This document shows, piece by piece, positions 41,244-58,471 of a stretch of DNA of 64,000 nt. The position numbers were made by a program, and so were the translations under genes. How positions within the stretch are numbered: the stretch's first letter is position 1; every line of letters starts with the position of its first letter. The stretch lies in assembly GCF_009914755.1 (NCBI RefSeq), contig NC_060947.1; one strand, written 5' to 3'. Under the pieces are notes generated by a model, which searched no databases, was not told the DNA's origin, and was given only the letters and a program-made list of their open reading frames with translations. The stretch comes from the human T2T-CHM13v2.0 reference genome, Homo sapiens.

Positions 41244-41540
41244 TTACAGCAGAACACCAATTGCAATGAGAGCAGATTTCGCAAATGAACCCATATGGGC
41301 CAGAATAAAGTGGCACAACATTTGTTTTAGAGCAGAAAGAAGAGAATTGTCAGATTAGGGCAGAAAGTATACAAGATAAGGCTGGAACATCTCGTAGTGC
41401 CAGAAAGTAAGGAAGTGCTCAAAAGAAAAAAAAAGACAATGATAGGATGTAAAAGGGACACAGGAGGCAACTAAAAGAGCTTCTAATGTCCAAAGTTAGA
41501 ACAATATGAACAATAAAATATAGTATTGTATTATAACCTA

Positions 41541-42299
<759 letters not shown>

Positions 42300-42325
42300 G
42301 ATAGATAGATGATAGATAGATAGAT

Positions 42326-42373
<48 letters not shown>

Positions 42374-42392
42374 TAGATAGATAGATAGAGAT
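42300..42392. repeat. (GATA)n compound tetranucleotide STR
   Basis: Direct reading. Confidence 0.97.
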
Positions 42393-42471
42393 ACATTTCC
42401 CATGTACAATTCTAAATAGTTTACATAGGTACTCTGCCCTCAAGGAGGTGGAGCATAGCTCTATTCCTTCA

Positions 42472-42939
<468 letters not shown>

Positions 42940-42975
42940 CTAAAATCCATAACCTCAGTTTAATCATGAGACAAG

Positions 42976-43347
42976 TGTATTGGTTCGATCTCACACTGCT
43001 ATGAAGAAATACCTGAGACTGGGTAATTTATAAAGGAAAGGGGCTTAATTGACTCAGAGTTCCACATGGCTGGGAAGGCCTCAGGAAACTTACAATCATG
43101 GTTGAAGGCAAAGGAGAAGCAAGCACCTTCTGCACAGGGTGGCAGGACGGAGTGAGTGCAAGGAGGGGAAATGCCAGATGCTTATAAAACCATCAGATCT
43201 CATGAGACTCACTATCACAAGAACAGCATGGGGGAAACCGCCCCCATGATCCAATTACCTCCACCTGCTCCCACCATTGACACATGGGGATTATGGGGAT
43301 TACAATTCAAGGTGAGATTTGGATGGGGAGCCATCCAAACCATATCA
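42976..43347 (-). mobile_element. THE1D/MSTA solo LTR
   Basis: TGTATTGGTTC...CACACTGCTATGAAGAAATACCTGAGACTGGG...CAAACCATATCA. Confidence 0.88.
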
Positions 43348-43479
43348 GAGCCAAACCATATCAACAGACATCAGACAAATTTGAATATTTTATAAAACAA
43401 CTGACAAGTACTTCTCAAACTATCAAGGTCATCAAAAACAATAAACACCTGAGAAACTGTCATAGCCAAGGGGAGCCTA

Positions 43480-43677
<198 letters not shown>

Positions 43678-44035
43678 TTAAAAAATTATCCTGGCATGGT
43701 GGCATGTACCTGAAGCCTCAGCTACTCAGGAGACTAGGGCAAGAGGATCACTTGGGCCCAGGAGTTCAAGGCTGCAGTGAGCTATGATCATACCACTGCA
43801 CTCCAGCCTAGGCAATAGAGGAAGACCTTGCTGCTAAACATAATTTTTTAAAGTACATTAGGTAAAAACTAAGGAACTCTGAATAAAGTATGGACTTTAA
43901 TAATGATGTATTAATATTGCTTCATTAATTGTAACAAATGTACTATATTAATATAAGTGGTTAATAATAGGAGAAACTGGATGCAGGGTATATGGAAACT
44001 CTCTGTACGATCTTTGCAATGTTTTTATAAATCTA

Positions 44036-45193
<1,158 letters not shown>

Positions 45194-45356
45194 GTATAGT
45201 TATGAATTTTTAGAGAGCCCGTAGAGGGAACTTTCTGATGGTCCCCAAACATTCCATGTTCTTTCATCTCTCTCTGCCTTTCCTCATGCTGTTCTCTCTA
45301 ATGTCTGCCTAGTACATTTCTCCTTATGCTTCAATACTCAACTATCTCTTCCATGA

Positions 45357-45665
<309 letters not shown>

Positions 45666-45879
45666 TAACACTGTTAGCCTCCCATACTGTGTTCCCATAG
45701 CACCTCTATTCTTGTTCTTATGCTTTGCAATATGGCAATTATTTGTTCATATGTTTGTTTCCCCCACAGAATTATAAACTCTTCCTGTACAGGGGCTAAA
45801 TCTTACACAACTTCTTATCCCAAAGTCTCACAAAATACCTGGCATAAGTAAGTACTCATAAATTCTAAGTTGAATGAAA

Positions 45880-45986
45880 AGATCAAAGTTTGGAATCTAG
45901 AGCCAAGGAGCACATTCCCTAAAGGCAGATCTGTTTTTCATGTTATTAATGCTTCCTTTCTTCTTTTAGATATCACCTCTGGTCAC
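45880..45986 (-). pseudogene. Candidate exon remnant (strong acceptor, end uncertain)
   Basis: ctttgtgttcttttccag|GTGACCAGAG in non-repeat sequence. Confidence 0.25.
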
Positions 45987-46447
45987 CTGGAAAAGAACAC
46001 AAAGGCCAAAGTCATAAAGGTTTCAGGAATAGGAACAGAGCAGATTAGAATGGTCTGGTTTATTTCATTTAGCGTAATGTCCTCAAAGTTTATTCACGTA
46101 GCATATGTCAGAATTTCCTTCCTTTCTAAGGCTGAATAATATTCCATTGTGTACCACATTTCATTTATCCATTCGTCCATTGATGGACATTTGGGTTGCT
46201 TCTACCTTTCGGCTATTCTGAATGATGCTGCTGTGAACGTGGTTGTACAGATACCTGTTCAAGTCCCTGCGCTAATTCTTACAGGCATATACTCAGAAGT
46301 GAAATTGCTGTTTGTCATCTTAATCATATTTTATATTTTGTTTCTCAACTTGCATTTTCCCCAAATGTGTTACTTTAAATAGAAAAAAAGTTACTAACAA
46401 GGAAAGATTTAAAATGCTACACACATTTAAGAACCATTAATTAATAC

Positions 46448-46535
46448 ATTTCTTTCTGGTCTATTGGCCACAGAATTCAAGTTAGTTCTGAATCTGATCA
46501 TCTTTGGATGAACCGACAAAATTGAGTTTCTGGAC
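46448..46535 (-). pseudogene. Candidate decayed exon
   Basis: ctgttgttttgtag|GT CCA GAA... AT|gtatt; phase-1 start matches the previous exon; two stops. Confidence 0.3.
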
Positions 46536-46801
46536 CTACAAAACAACAGATCAGGCCCTGGTCTAGGAAATACCACAGAGATACTGTGGCATCTTTAAGG
46601 CTCAGTCTAACGCAGCCTGGTGGCACCTAATTTCTCTGTAAGTTGCAATGTTGGTGACTGCAACTTTAGGAATAGTGAATACCAAATTTAGAAATAAGTG
46701 GTTCCCAATCCCCTTTCCATTTATTACATTCCTGAATGAATTTCAGAGTTGGAAGACACATTAGAAGTCAATAAGAATAATCCTTTTATAAAACATTCTA
46801 C

Positions 46802-46992
46802 CTGAAATGAATGGGCCTTCTGAAAGTGCTTTTAGTCTGTAGATGTTTGACCTCTAAAGACATTATTCAGGGTGTGGGTCACTTAAGAAATATAATTACA
46901 AGGTTAGTGTTGTTTGTATAGAGTAGTATTTCAGGAGATTATCTCAAACACTATATAATACCATTTATACTGGGAAAGCTATCTTCTCTGTT
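46802..46992 (-). pseudogene. Candidate decayed exon of MROH-like gene
   Basis: ttcccactccatag| ... TCAG|gtagaa; LYFLSDPHPE*CL*RSNIYRLKAL resembles a HEAT DP..A..IY.L segment. Confidence 0.4.
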
Positions 46993-48360
46993 CTATGGAG
47001 TGGGAACCTTCACCATAAGCTTGTATCTCAGGCTGACTACAGAGCTCATTTCCTCTTTTTTATGAATTTTATTTAAAACATCCTTTGTTCTTTATTTAAA
47101 GTTATTTGGCTTTATTTTTTAATTTTTAATCTTGAGGGTGCATAGTAGGTGTATATATTTATGGGGTGAGTGAGATATTTTCCTATAGGCATATAATACA
47201 TAATAATCATACCATTGTAAATGGAATATCCATCACCACAAACATTTATCCTGCTTTGTGTTACAAACAATCCAATTATACTCTTTTAGTTACTTTTAAA
47301 TGTATGATAAGTTATTGTGACTGTAGTCACTCTGTTGTGCTATCAAATACTAGATCTTATTTATTCTATCCAACCGTATTTTTTTACCAATTAATCGTTC
47401 CCACTGCCCCCACCACTACCCTCCCAAGCCTCTGATAACTATCCTTCTACTCTCTATCTCCAGGGTCAATTGTTTTCATTTTCTGCCCCCTCAAATAAGT
47501 GAAAACACATCAAGTTTGTCTTTCTGTGCCTGGCTTATTTCACTTAACATAATGTCCTCCAATTCCATCCATATTGTTGCAAATGACAGGATCTCATTCT
47601 TTTTTATGGCTGAACAGTACTCCATTGTGTATATGTAGCACTTTCTTTATCCACTCATCTGTTGATGGACACTTAGGTTGCTTCAAAATCTTGGCTATTG
47701 TGAATAATGATGCAACAAACATAGGAGTGCAGCTATCTCTTCGGTATACTGATTTCCTTTCTTTGGCGTATATATCCAGCAGTCAGATTGTTGGATCATA
47801 TGGTAGCTAGCTCTATTTTTAGTTTTTTGAGGAACATCCAAACTGTCCTCTATAGTGGCTGTACTAATTGACATTCCCACCAACAGTGTACAAGGGTTCC
47901 TTTTTCTCCATATCCTTGCTAGAATTTATTATTGTCTGTCTTTCGGGTAAAAGACATTTTAACTGGGGTAAGATGATATCTCATTGTAGTTTTGATTTGT
48001 ACTTCTCTGATGATTGACGTTGAACATCTTTTCATATACCTGTTTGCCATTTGTATGTCTTCTTTTGAGAAATGTCTATTCAGATCTTTTGCCCATTTTA
48101 AATCGGATTATTAGATTTTTTTCTATAGAGTTATTTGAGCTTCTTATATATTCTGATTATTAACTCCTCGTCAGACAGATAGTTTGCAAATATTTTCTCC
48201 CATTCCGTGGGTTCTCTCCTCACTTTGTTGATTGTGTCCTTTGCTGTACAGAAGTTTTTAACTTGATGTGATCCCATTAGTCCATTTTTGCTTTGGTTGA
48301 CTGTGCTTGTGGGGTATTCTTCAAGAAATCTTTGCCCAGCCCAACGTCCTGGAGAGTTCC

Positions 48361-48720
48361 TATATTAGTTATTTTTCACACTGCTGATAAAGACATACCT
48401 GAGACTGGGTAATTTATAAAGAAAAAGAGGTTTAATGGACTCACAGTTCCACGTGGCTGGGGAGGCCTCACAATCATGGCAGAAGGTGAAAGACATGTCT
48501 TACATAGTGGCAGAAAAGAGAGAATGAGAACCAAGTGAAAGGGGTTTTCCCTTATAAAACCATCAGATCTCATGAGACTTATTCACTGCCACAAGAACAG
48601 TATGGGGGAAACCGCCCCATAATTCAATTATCTCCCACTGGGTCCCTCCCACAACACGTGGGAATTATGGGAGCTACAATTCAAGATGAGATTTGGGTGG
48701 AGACACAGCCAAACCATATA
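48361..48720 (-). mobile_element. THE1 solo LTR
   Basis: CACACTGCTGATAAAGACATACCTGAGACTGGG...GAGATTTGGGTGG.GACACAGCCAAACCATAT. Confidence 0.9.
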
Positions 48721-49027
48721 AATCCCCAATATTTTCTTTTAGTAATTTCATAGTTTGAGGTCTTAGGTTTATGTCTTTAATCCATTTTGATTTGGTTTTT
48801 GTATATGGCAAGATAAAGGGATCTAGTTTCATTCTTCTGCATATGGATAGCCAGTTTTCTCAGCAGTATTTATTAAAGAGACTGTCCTTTCCCCTTTGTA
48901 TGTTCTGGACACTTTTGTTGAAGATTAGTTTACTATAGTTGTATGGATTTGTTTCTGGGTTCTCTATTCTGTTCCATTGGTCTATGTCTGTTTTTATGCC
49001 AGTACCATGCTGTTTTGGTTACTATAG

Positions 49028-49306
<279 letters not shown>

Positions 49307-50310
49307 TAAAGTGCTGGGATTACAGGCATGAGCCACTGTGCCTGGCCTGTAGTATAATTTGAAGTCAGGTAATGTGATTCCTCCAGTTTTGTTCTTTTTG
49401 CTTAGGATAGCTTTGGCTATTCAGGGTCTTTTGTGGTTCCACATAAATTTTAGGATTGTTTTTTCTATTTCTGCGAAGAATGTCATTGGTATTTTGATAA
49501 GGATTACATTGAATCTTCAGATTGCTTTTCGTAGTATGACCATTTTAACAATATTGATTCTTTCAGTCCATGAACATGGAATATCTTTCTATATTTTGTA
49601 TCCTGTTAAATTTATTTCACCAATGTTTTGTAGTTTTTATTGTAGAGATCTTTCACTTCCTTTTATAAGTTAATTCCTATTTAATTTTATGTGCAGCTAT
49701 TGTAAATGGGGTTACCTTCTTGATTTCTTTTTCAGATTATTCACTGCTGGCATGTAGAAATGCTACTGATTTTTGTATGTTGATTTTATATCCTGTAACT
49801 TTATGAATTTGTTATCAGTTCTAATAGTTTTTTGGTGAAGTCTTTAGGTTTTTTCCAAATATAAGATCATATCATTTACAAACAAGTATAATTTGATTTC
49901 TTTTCCAATTTGGATACCTTTTATTTCTTTCTCTTGTCTGATTGCTCTAGCTAGGACTTCCAGTACTATGTTGAATAACAGTGTTTACAGTAGTCATCCT
50001 TGTTGTGTTCCAGATCTTAGAGTAAAGGCCTTGAGGTTTTCCTCATTCAGTATGATACTAGCTGTGGTCTGTCATATATGGCTTGTGTTGTGTTGAGGTA
50101 TGTTTCTTCTATACCCAGTTTCTTGAGGATTTTTATCATGAAGGGATGTTGAATTTTATTAAATGTTTTTTCAGCATCAGTTGAAATGATCATATGGTTT
50201 CTGTCCTTTGTTCTATTGGTATGACATATCTCATTGATTGATTTGCATACATTAAACCATCCTTGCATCCAGAGATAAATCCCACTTGGCCATGATGAAT
50301 GATCTTTTAA

Positions 50311-50735
<425 letters not shown>

Positions 50736-51595
50736 TGATCCACCCGCCTCATCCTCCCAAAGTGCTGGGATTACAGGCGTGAGCCACCATGCCTGGCCTT
50801 CTTGAGAATTTTTACGTTAACGTTCATCAGGGATACTGGCCTGTAGTTTTCTTTTTCTGAAGTGTCTTTGTCTGGTTTTGGTATCAGGGTAATACTGGCC
50901 TTGTAGAGTGTGTTTGAAAATATTCCCTCCTCCTCTGTTATTCAGAATAGTTTGAATAGGATTGGTATTAGTTCTTCTTAAAATGTTTGGTAAAATTCAG
51001 CAGTGAAGCCATTGGGCCCCAGGATTATCTTTGCTGGGAGACTTATTATTATAGCTTCGATCTCATTACTTGTTATTGGTGTGTTCAAGTTTTGGATTTC
51101 TTCATGGTTCAATCTTGGGAAGGTGTATATGTCTAGGAATTTATTCATTTCTTCAAGGTTTTCTAACTTATTGGCATATAGTTGCTCATAGTGGCCTCTA
51201 ATGATCCTTTGAATTTCTGCAGTATCAGTTGTAAAGTCTCCCTTTTCATCTGTGATTTTATTTATTTGGATAATCTCTCTTCTGTTCTTAGTCTGACTAA
51301 AGGTTTGTCAATATTGTTTATCTTTTCCAAAAAATACACAACTTTTCATTTCATCAATCTTTTGTATTGTTTTATTTGTTTCAATTTCACTTATTTCTGC
51401 TCTGATCATTACTATCTATTTTCTTCTACTAATTTTGGGGTTGTTTTTTCTTGTTTTTCTAGTTTTTCTAGTTCTGTCTCATGCATCATTAGGTTCTATT
51501 CTTCAAATAAACCACCTAATGATGCATGTTAAAGAACTAGAAAAGTTCATTTAGGTTGTTTATCTCTTCAACTAGAACTAGGTTGAAGTTTTTTC

Positions 51596-51703
51596 TAGGT
51601 TGGTGCAAAAGTAATTGCGGTTTTTGCCATTGAAAGTGAAAACCATTACTTTTTGCCATTATGTTCAATGGCAAAAACCGCGATTACTTTTGCATCAACC
51701 TAA
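51596..51703. mobile_element. MADE1 with internal expansion (long hairpin)
   Basis: TAGGTTGGTGCAAAAGTAATTGCGGTTTTTGCCATT ... AATGGCAAAAACCGCGATTACTTTTGCATCAACCTAA followed by TA. Confidence 0.93.
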
Positions 51704-52331
51704 TACTTTTTTGACGTAGGTGCTTATAGCTATAAACTTCCCTCTTAGTACTGCTTTCACTGCGTCCCATAGGTTTGGGTATGTTGTGCTTCCATTATCA
51801 TTTGTTTCAAGAAATTTTTCAGTTTTCTTCTCATTTTTTTTATTGGCCTACTTGTCATTTAAGTGCATGGTGTTTAATTTCCATGTGTTTGTATAGTTTC
51901 CAAAATTCCTCTTGTTATTGATTTCTAGTTTTATTCCACTGTGGTCAGAGAATGTACTTGACATAATTTTTTTTTAATGTTTTAAGACTTGTTTTGTGGC
52001 CTAACATATAGTCTATCCTTGAGGATGATCCATTTGCTGATGAGAAGATGTGTATTCTGCAGCCATTGGATGAAATGTTCTGTAAATATCTTTTAGATCA
52101 GTTTGCAGATCTTAATCTATAGTGCAGATTAAGTCCAATGTTTCTTTGTTGGTTTTCTGTCCAGATGATCTGTCCAATGCTAAAAGTGAGGTGTTGAAGT
52201 CTACAGCTATTATTGTATTAGGTTCTGTCTCTTTCTTTAGCTCTAATAATATTCCTTTTGTATATCAGGGTGCTCTGGTGTTGGATGCATATGTATTTAA
52301 AATTGTTATATCCTCTTGCTGAATTTATCAT

Positions 52332-52430
52332 TATATAATGACCTTCTTTGTCTCTTTATATATAATGACCTTCTTTGTCTCTTTATATATATTTATATTT
52401 ATATTATATAATGACCTTCTTTGTCTCTTT
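52332..52430. repeat. Three near-tandem copies of TATATAATGACCTTCTTTGTCTCTTT inside L1MA
   Basis: Direct reading. Confidence 0.9.
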
Positions 52431-53499
52431 ATAGTTTTTGTCTTGAAATCTATTTTGTCTGACAGAAGTACAGCTACTCCTTCTCCTTTTTTATTTCCAT
52501 TGGCATGGAATATCTTTTTCCATCCCTTTATTTTCAGTCTATGTGTGTCTTTATAGGGGAAGTGTGCTTCTTGTAGGCAACAGATCATTGGGTCTTGCTT
52601 TTTTTTTATCCATTCAGCCACTCTGTGTCTTTTGATTGGAGAGTTGAGTCCATTTACATTCAATGTTATTATTAAACTGATGACAACTTAACACTAATTG
52701 CATGAACAAACAAGGTAACTAACAAACAAGCAAAGAGAAAACTAATAAAAACTCTACACTTTAACCTCATCCTCCAGCCTTATAACTTTTTGTTGTTTCT
52801 ATTTATATTTTATTGTACTGTTTATGTCTTGAAAAGTTGTCATAGTTATTATTTTTGATCGGTTCATCTTTTAGTCTTTCTACTCAAGATATGAGTATTT
52901 ATGCATTGCAATTACAATGTTATAATATTTTGTGTTTTTCTGTGTACTTACTGTTACCCGTGAGTTTTGTATTATACCTTCAGATGATTTCTTATTCCTC
53001 ATTAGTATCCTTTTCTTTCAGACTGAAGAACTCCCTTTAGCATTTCTTGTAAGATAAGTCTGGTTTTGATGAAATCCCTCAGCTTTTGTTTGTCTGGAAA
53101 AGTCTTTATTTCTCCTTCATGTTTGAAGGATATTTTTGCCAGATGTACTATTTTAGGGTAAAAGTTTTTTCCTTCAGCACTTTAAATATGTCACGCCACT
53201 CTCTCCTGGCCTGTAAGGTTTCCACTGAAAAGTCTGCTGCTGGATATATTGGAGCTCCATTGTATGTTTTTTTTTCTTTCTTTTCTCTTGCTGCTTTTGG
53301 TATCTTTTATTTTTATTTTATTATTATTATTTTTTGAGGCAGAGGCTCCCTCTGTCACCCAGACAGAGGGAGTGCAGTGGCACAGTCTCAGCTCACGGCA
53401 ACCTCCACCTCCCAGGTTCTAGCAATTCTCATGCTTCAGCCTCCTGAATAGCTGGGACTGCAGGGGGAGGGCACCATGCCTGGCTAATATTTTTTTTAA

Positions 53500-53664
<165 letters not shown>

Positions 53665-54872
53665 TAAATCATAGTCTTATTTCAGTTCAATCTACTTGCT
53701 GTTCTATAACTCTCTTGAATTCAAGTATTGATAACTTTCTCTAGGTTTGGGAAGTTCTCTGTTATTGTCCCTTTAAATAAACTTTCCACCCCTATCTCTC
53801 TCTCCCATCTCTTTATGGCCAATAACTCTTAGACTTGCCCTTTTGAGGCTATTTTCTAGATCTTGTAAGAGTGCTTCATTCTTTTTTATTATTTTTTCTT
53901 TGGTCTCCTCTGACTGTGGGTTTTTTTTTCCAAGGTCTTGCTCTTTCACCCAGGCTGTCGTGCAGTGGCACAATCATAGCTCATTGCAGCCTTGAACTCC
54001 TAGATTCAAGTGATCCTCCTGCCTCAGCCTCCTGAGTAGCTAAGACTACAGGCACACATGCCACCATACCCAGCTAATTAAAAAAAAATTTTTTATAGAA
54101 ATGATGCCTTGTTATGTTGCCCAGGCTGGTCTTAAACTCCTGGGCTCAAGTGATCCTCCTGCTTCAGCCTCCCGAAGTGCTGGGATTACAGACATAAGCT
54201 ACTATGCCTGGCCATGTATTTTCAAATGGCCTGTCTTCAAGCTCATTAATTCTTTCTTCTGCTTGATCAATTCTGCAATTAAGAAACTCTGATTCATTCT
54301 TCAGTGTGTCAATTACATTTTTTAACACCAGAATTTCTGCTTGATACTTTTTAATTATTTAAATCTCTGTGTTAAATTTATCTGATAGGATTCTGAATTC
54401 CTTATCTGTGTTATCTTGAATTTTCTTGAGTTTCTTCAAAACAGCTATTTCAAATTCTCTGTCCGAAAGATCACATATCTCTGTCTCTCCAGGCTTGGTC
54501 CTTGGTGCCTTATTTAGTTCATTTGGGAAGATCATGTTTTCCTAAATGGTCTTCGTGCTTGTGCATGTTCGTCAGTGTCTAAGTATTGAAATGTTAGGTG
54601 TTTAGTAGTCTTTGTAGTCTGGGCTTGTTCATACCCGTCCTTCTTGGGAAACTTTCCAGGTATTCGAAGGGACTTTGGGTGTTGTGATCTAAGTTTTTGG
54701 TCACTGTAGTCACATCTACGTTAGGGGGCACCCCAAGCTCAGTAACACTGTGGCTCTTGCAGACTCATTGAGGTACTGCCTTGGTGGTCTTGGATCAGAT
54801 CCGAAAGAATTCTCTGGATTACCAGACAGAAACTTTTTTTCTCTGCCCTTACTTTTACCCAAACAAACAGAG

Positions 54873-54922
<50 letters not shown>

Positions 54923-54973
54923 GTGCCGAGATGCCTGCAGCTGAGGGAGGGCAGAAATGCTTTTTTAAGTTAC

Positions 54974-55134
54974 CACCCAGTTCTAAAGTTGCACTTTGAT
55001 TAACTTGGTTATTTCCTATGTTTTCATTAGCAACACAGTTGTAAACCACTTCTCCACATAGTTAATCTCATCTCTTAAATGACAGTTATTATTAAAATTT
55101 CAATGAGTAATTCTTTTTCTGAGTTCTTAGTTTC
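54974..55134 (-). pseudogene. Candidate decayed exon
   Basis: tatag|G AAA CTA AGA ... GTG|gtaact; pieces KLR / EKELLIEILIITVI. Confidence 0.25.
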
Positions 55135-55342
55135 CTATATACTTATTACAGCATTAATCATGTTACCTGACAATACCTACTCACTAATCAATTCCCAGTG
55201 AGAATTGTTAGACACTTATATCCAGTAGCAAGAAAGAAAAAAATTAAAATCCTTAAGACAAATAGTTAGGGATATGCTTTCAAATCTGGGATGTACAGTA
55301 ATTGAAAGTGTGAGCCTCCTTGGCAACTCCCAGAGGACATAC

Positions 55343-55470
55343 ATTAACAGTAATCAATCCACTGTGTGGCTTGTTACATAAGTACTATAGAAGCCTTGGG
55401 AACATTTGGAATCTGACAGAAGCCTTATGGAAGTGGTTCCATGGGGGTTGGCTATTTGCATATTTTCCTC
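55343..55470 (-). pseudogene. Candidate decayed exon
   Basis: cccttatctgtaatag|GAG GAA AAT ATG ... AT|gtatgt; 38 open codons then one stop; phase-0 start matches exon 63260-63335. Confidence 0.35.
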
Positions 55471-55979
55471 CTATTACAGATAAGGGAAAAAAGACTGAAA
55501 GAATATATACCAAAATGTTAATATTGATTATTCCTGGGGAGTAGGGCTGCCAGTTTTCTTTTATTTTTTATCTGTATTATCTAAAATTTCTAAAATAAAT
55601 ATAACTATTATAAGAAAATTCCAAATAATAAAAGTCCAAAAAGATGGTTTGTTTTAACAGTAAGTAAGCTGAGTTGCATTTTCTACCATCTGTTTCAGTC
55701 AGGGAAATGAATAACATCTTCTAGGGCAAAGTAACAGGGTAAATGGAGACCCAGAGAAAGACTGATTGTTCTCTATGATAAGCATTCTCTAGAACATAAA
55801 AGGAAGTAATGAACAGGACTCCAAGCTTTGTTCTTTTGTGTCTCACTCCCTCTCGATTCTTCTCTGGCTTTGTTCCACACTCTGAACATCCTAAATCAAC
55901 TTACAAGTGGTGGTCACCAAAAGAATCTACAAGGAAGATTGTCTCTCTAGACTCTGATTCCATCAAATATCCCCTTTCT

Positions 55980-57600
55980 CTTCTATTTTCCACATTTTCT
56001 TATATACCTACAGACAGGCTTAACGTTTCCCCATTCTAAAACAAAGTTAAAACACTATTTCTCCCCTATCTCGTTACAAACTACCATCCTTTCTACCTCC
56101 TTCCTTTCATAGCCAGATTTCTGGAACAATTAATCTACAACCACTGTCCTTTCGCCCTGTCCATTTGTTCAATTTGCTGCAGTCTGCCTTCTGCCGTGAC
56201 TCCAACAAACTTTAAAGGAAAGCTTCCTAGTTGCTGAACTTATTGGCCCATATTTATACAGCCTAAGGCGATTGGTTGCTCTTATTTCCCAGAAGTTCTT
56301 CTTGGCCTCTGGGAAGAAAGGAGTGAAATGGGAAGAAATGACACTACTGTCTCTTCATTTTTTTTTCTTACCTTTCCCTTTCAGACTTCCCTCTTCTGTT
56401 CAACACTTATTCATTGGGATTCCCTAGGGTTATGTCCTAGTCTCTTATCTTCTTACACCACCTGGAACAAAGTTTATCTACTTACACAGCTTCAACTATC
56501 ATCTATACAATGACAGATTGCAAAATTTTTTTTTACAGTTAAATCTAAGTTGCTTTATTCTTTTTTTTTTATATATATATACTTTAAGTTTTAGGGTACA
56601 TGTGCACAATGTGCAGGTTAGTTACATATGTATACATGTGCCATGCTGGTGTGCTGCACCCATTAACTCGTCATTTAACATTAGGTATATCTCCTAATGC
56701 TATCCCTCCCCTCTCCCCCGACCCCACAACAGTCCCCAGAGTGTGATGTTCCCCTTCCTGTGTCCATGTGTTCTCATTGTTCAATTCCCATCTATGAGTG
56801 AGAACATGCAGTGTTTGGTTTTTTGTCCTTGCGATAGTTTACTGAGAATGATGATTTCCAATTTCATCCATGGAAATTTTTAATAATAGCCTCGAACTCT
56901 TGCTTAAGCTCTAGATTTGTATTTCCAAATTACAATTAAGCATCTTTACCTACAGGTTACAAAGAGGTACCCTAAGCTCCACTAGTCTAAAATCAGACTT
57001 ACCTTCTCTACTGCCACAATTTACTAAATTCTTGAATTACATTCTCATTCACAATCGCAAGCCATGTTCCTAAGCTAGAAGCTTTTGCTTTTGCCTTAAT
57101 TATCCCTTCTCCCTAACGCTGCACATCTAATCAATCAGCATACAGTCCTGTTGATTTTAACTCATAAATATCATTCTGTCAAGCCTAGCCTTTCCCCCAT
57201 ACTGCCTCGATCTTGGTTCAGACTCTCATAATGTCCAGCTTGGACTATTACGTCTGCTAAGTAGTCCTGCCACCAATCTCTCTCCATTCTACACCTGTTC
57301 AACTTCCACACTACTTTCGAAATGATCTTTACAAAACAAAACTCACTCTTTTGACTCCTCGGTGCCTACAGGATAAAACACAACTCCTTGGTCTAGCATG
57401 TTAGGATTCAGTCCAGGTTGTTAGCCTCACGCTCTACTCCACCCCCAAACTCCTGCATGCTAAGCTTCTCACCATTCCACAAACACAGCAGGCCCTATAA
57501 TGTCTCCATGTCTTCACACATTGTACCCTGTCCTCTTAGAATGTCCTTTTCTTTCTTCCTCACCTGACAATGTCCTACTCATCCTTTAGTATGTGTCTTC
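55980..57600 (+). mobile_element. L2 relic, interrupted by L1PA
   Basis: CATAGCCAGATTTCTGGAA..., CACAGCTTCAACTATCATCTATAC, CCTACAGGATAAAAC motifs. Confidence 0.65.
56526..56872 (-). mobile_element. Short L1PA3-like 3' end with 26-nt 3' transduction
   Basis: L1PA 3'UTR, two poly(A) tracts separated by unique sequence containing AATAAA; TSD AAATTTTT. Confidence 0.9.
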
Positions 57601-57947
57601 TTGGGAAAGACAAACTAGCTATTATTTATCAAGGAGTTTTGCTAAACAATTTATGTTCATTAGCTTATTTTAATCCTCAATCAATTCTATAACTACTATT
57701 ATCATTTTACAGATGAAAAAGCTGAGATTTAAAGGGGCTAAATAGCATTGTCATCTAGTAAATGGTGGGATTTAAATATAGGTCTTCAAAACCTGAACTT
57801 TTAACCACTATGCTACAGGCAATGTGTATTAAACATAGTTGATTGTTCTGTTCTCTGTGTTCCCATAGCACTCTGTTCACCACTCTGCAATGGCAGTTAC
57901 CACACTAGAATGTAATATTTCTGTTTACACAATATCATCCCCCACTA

Positions 57948-58328
<381 letters not shown>

Positions 58329-58471
58329 TTAACCAATCTTTGTATCTCAGTGTGTTTAGCACATTATAAGTGCTCAATAAATGTTCACTATATAAATGAA
58401 TTTTGAAACTTCTCTTTGGCAGTAAGTAGCCTTTTGTTTGTTGCCTTGCTTTTTCTTCTTCTGACTGTGTC

